A DNA stretch of 64,000 nt from Felis catus (lineage: Eukaryota), in NCBI RefSeq assembly GCF_018350175.1, contig NC_058368.1, positions 226,984,001-227,048,000 on the forward strand, read 5' to 3'. The notes under the pieces were generated by a model. It searched no databases. It was not told the DNA's origin and saw only the letters and a list, made by a program, of their open reading frames with translations. Shown here in pieces: positions 61,489 to 64,000 of this stretch (within the stretch, counting starts at the first letter, position 1; each line of letters opens with the position of its first letter). The position numbers and the translations under genes are program-made.

Positions 61489-61712
61489 TTTTTTTTTAAT
61501 TTTTTTTTTCAACGTTTATTTATTTTTGGGACAGAGAGAGACAGAGCATGAATGGGGGAGGGGCAGAGAGAGAGGGAGACACAGAATCGGAAACAGGCTC
61601 CAGGCTCCGAGCCATCAGCCCAGAGCCTGACGCGGGGCTCAAACTCACGGACCGCGAGATCGTGACCTGGCTGAAGTCGGACGCTTAACCGACTGCGCCA
61701 CCCAGGCGCCCC
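61489..61712 (-). mobile_element. Can-SINE, young SINEC_Fc type
   Basis: Near-consensus; perfect TSD ttcactgccttctt. Confidence 0.97.
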
Positions 61713-62353
61713 TTCACTGCCTTCTTGAATGGCATTAAGTCATTTTTGTTGTTGTTGTTTTCTGATCATATCAAAGTCCCAGATGCCATGAAGATAAGTA
61801 TTTGGTGGTGAGATTGCATTTCAGGGACCAACAGCAACACAGAGCATGGGCCCCAAGGACTAACCTGAGGAGACTCCCCCTGTATAGCTTCTGGTCCTCT
61901 TCCAAGGGCAGCAGCTCAGTGTTATGAATAAATAACAGATGAAACACATCCCCGAGAAAGAGCAAAACGCCCTAAGCTACAACCAGAGACTTATCAAGAC
62001 ACTTTGCCATTTTTTACAACAGGGAGAATTGGTTTTAATTCAAAGGGAGTTGTAATAAAACAACTTTGTCATTCTTACAGTTCGGGAGGGAAATACTTGA
62101 AATCCTCTGAACTATTGAACTGTCAAAGTTTCCCCAGCATCTGTGTTGCTGAAAATCAGACATACTATGGATATTGATTGAGTCTTCTAGAGCTCTATAG
62201 AAGATTGATGATACATGTCTGAAGAACTTCCTTGTTAAGTTATCATGGCCGTACTCTTTGGTGGAATGCAGTCTATAGGCCAAATGTGGCCCTCGTAGGC
62301 GTCTTCTTTAACCCACACCACGTTAAAAATAATCGAGAGAGTTCACCCCAAAT

Positions 62354-62555
62354 TATTCATTCATGTATTCAGCAAACATTCACTGAGTACCTTCATACAT
62401 CCCAAGCTCAGGACCAGATGCTAAAAAGTGCTCTCATGAAAAAAGACGTGCTTTTTGTTCTTATGATTTTTACAGTCAAGAAAAGAAGACGGGTAATCAA
62501 ACAAGCAGTAAGAGAAAGTATGGTAAATGTTATGACAAAGTAAAGGGCACTGCTG
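62354..62555 (-). mobile_element. L2 3' end
   Basis: attcattcatgtattcagcaaacattcactgagtacct. Confidence 0.75.
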
Positions 62556-62694
62556 TGCGTATAAAATAACCAGTACTGATTGAGTGTTTACTATGCACGA
62601 GGAGTTGTATGTTGTGCTTTACCACAGGCCGTCTTCAGCGCAATCCCATGAAGTGAGGAGCTATGATCATATCCATATTTCAGATGAGCATTCT

Positions 62695-62877
62695 TTTTTT
62701 TTTCATTATTTAATTTCTTGGGACAGAGAGAGGATGCAAGTGAGGGAGGGGCAGAAGGAAAAGGAGGGACAGAATCCAAAGCAGGCTCCGTGGGGCTCGA
62801 TCTCACCAGCGTGAGATCATGACCTGAGCCAAAATCAAGAGTCAGACTCATAACCGACTGGGCTATCCAGGCGCCCC
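62695..62877 (-). mobile_element. Older Can-SINE with an internal deletion
   Basis: TSD tcagatgagcattct / ttagacgagcattct. Confidence 0.92.
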
Positions 62878-62909
62878 TTAGACGAGCATTCTAAATAAGA
62901 GAAAGCTTT

Positions 62910-63103
62910 GGGGCACCTGGGTGGCTCAGTCGGTTAAGCATCTGACTTCGGCTCAGGTCGTGATCTCACAGCTTGTGAGTTCGAGCCCTGCATCGGGCTC
63001 TAGGAGCCTGGAGCCTGCTTCGGATTCTGTGTCTCCCACTCTCTCTCTCTCTCTCTGCCCCTCCCCTGCTCACACTCTGTCTCTCTCTCAAAAAAAATAA
63101 ACA

Positions 63104-63138
<35 letters not shown>

Positions 63139-63141
63139 CAA
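62910..63141 (+). mobile_element. Can-SINE with (TAAA)n tail
   Basis: TSD aaagcttt(g); small internal deletion. Confidence 0.95.
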
Positions 63142-63441
63142 AAAGCTTTGGTAATTTGTCCAGTATCATAAAAACAGTTACCCTTTCAAAGTCAGTATTT
63201 TGATTTATCTATTCTGGATTATATTCTCAAGTCATTTATTTCAGGAAGGATCCAAGGTAGTGTCATGGCAACAACAATGAATTATTCATATCCTATTGGG
63301 GCTGCTAAACTGTTTTCTAATATGGTTTTTCTTATTTTCATCTGTGAATAAAGCATTTGTGGTCTAATGTAATGAATGTAGATTTTGGAGCCAGTTGGAC
63401 TTCAAACAGTATTTGAATCTGCTACGTTCTAGATTTGTGGC

Positions 63442-63710
63442 TGTAGCAGACAGAATTCTGGCCCACGTAATCTTCACCCTGTGGTGTTACACCCCTAATT
63501 ATGTTATGTTACATGCCAAAAAACACTTTGCAGATGTCATTGATGTTCTAAGCCAGTTGACCTTAAGATACAGGGATTGTCTAGATGGGCTTGCCTCAGT
63601 CAGATAAGATCCCTTTAAAGTGGGGAGGTTTCTCTGGTTGGAGACAGAAGAGATGCTTCAGAAGAAGTCAGAGAGATTAGAAGCATGATTCAATGTGCTG
63701 TTGCTGGCTT
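63442..63710 (+). mobile_element. MLT1 (D/E-like) LTR, 5' part
   Basis: tgtagcagacagaattctggccc...ctttgcagatgtcatt...ttgaccttaagatacagggatt...tgctgttgctggctt. Confidence 0.85.
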
Positions 63711-64000
63711 CCTGGGTGCCTAACACGTGTCACACAGGGTCTTAGGCATTTAGTAAATGGTGAATCTTGATGTTGATTAAATCTTGATGAGAAAGGCCCT
63801 TTTATCATGTAAAACTACTCGCAACTATGGCTACCAAAATTTGGGTTTCATAGTCATGATTCTCCATTCACTGGCCAACAACCTAGACGGACCCAACCGA
63901 AGTCCATTCTCTATGTTCCCAGTGGGCATCAATGTGCATGATCCCACCCAAACACATTTTATTTCTCTGGTTATAGAAGACTTTTTTTTTTTACTGCTTG

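Larger units (their letters stand above)
62565..63175 (-). mobile_element. MIR interrupted by two SINEs
   Basis: ttgagtgtttactatg...caatcccatgaagtga...ccatatttcagatgag | ggtaatttgtccagtatcata. Confidence 0.65.

Noticed and set aside
41480..63175. Four SINEs inserted within MIRs, suggesting targeting
   Set aside because: Small numbers; adequately explained by A-rich endonuclease sites and MIR abundance
1..64000. Identity of a host or neighbouring gene, or a novel multi-gene system
   Set aside because: No recognisable exons or coding cluster; placing the locus needs BLAT against a felid assembly

Overview
This is mammalian genomic DNA, almost certainly from a cat or other felid. The evidence is about 28 tRNA-derived Can-SINEs, including the young SINEC_Fc type, plus felid/carnivore L1 3' ends. 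The window looks intergenic or deep-intronic. I see no recognisable host protein-coding gene, tRNA, rRNA or CRISPR array. The long ORFs come from SINEs, decayed L1 ORF2 or simple repeats, or are unsupported. Much of the window is interspersed repeat: Can-SINE, L1, L2, MIR, MaLR/ERVL LTRs and hAT-Charlie MERs. The points most worth a second look are: a divergent pair of strong CTCF-like motifs (47.6 and 53.5 kb) plus a third at 11.2 kb; a six-element nested transposon stack at 25.2-28.1 kb; an L1 insertion with a patchwork AT-rich tail; three small local duplications; several SINEs with odd or missing target-site duplications (TSDs); a 280-nt polypurine tract; and two candidate minus-strand exons in a repeat-poor block. 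I found no convincing novel biological system. Repeat family names come from remembered consensus motifs, and boundaries of old elements are approximate.
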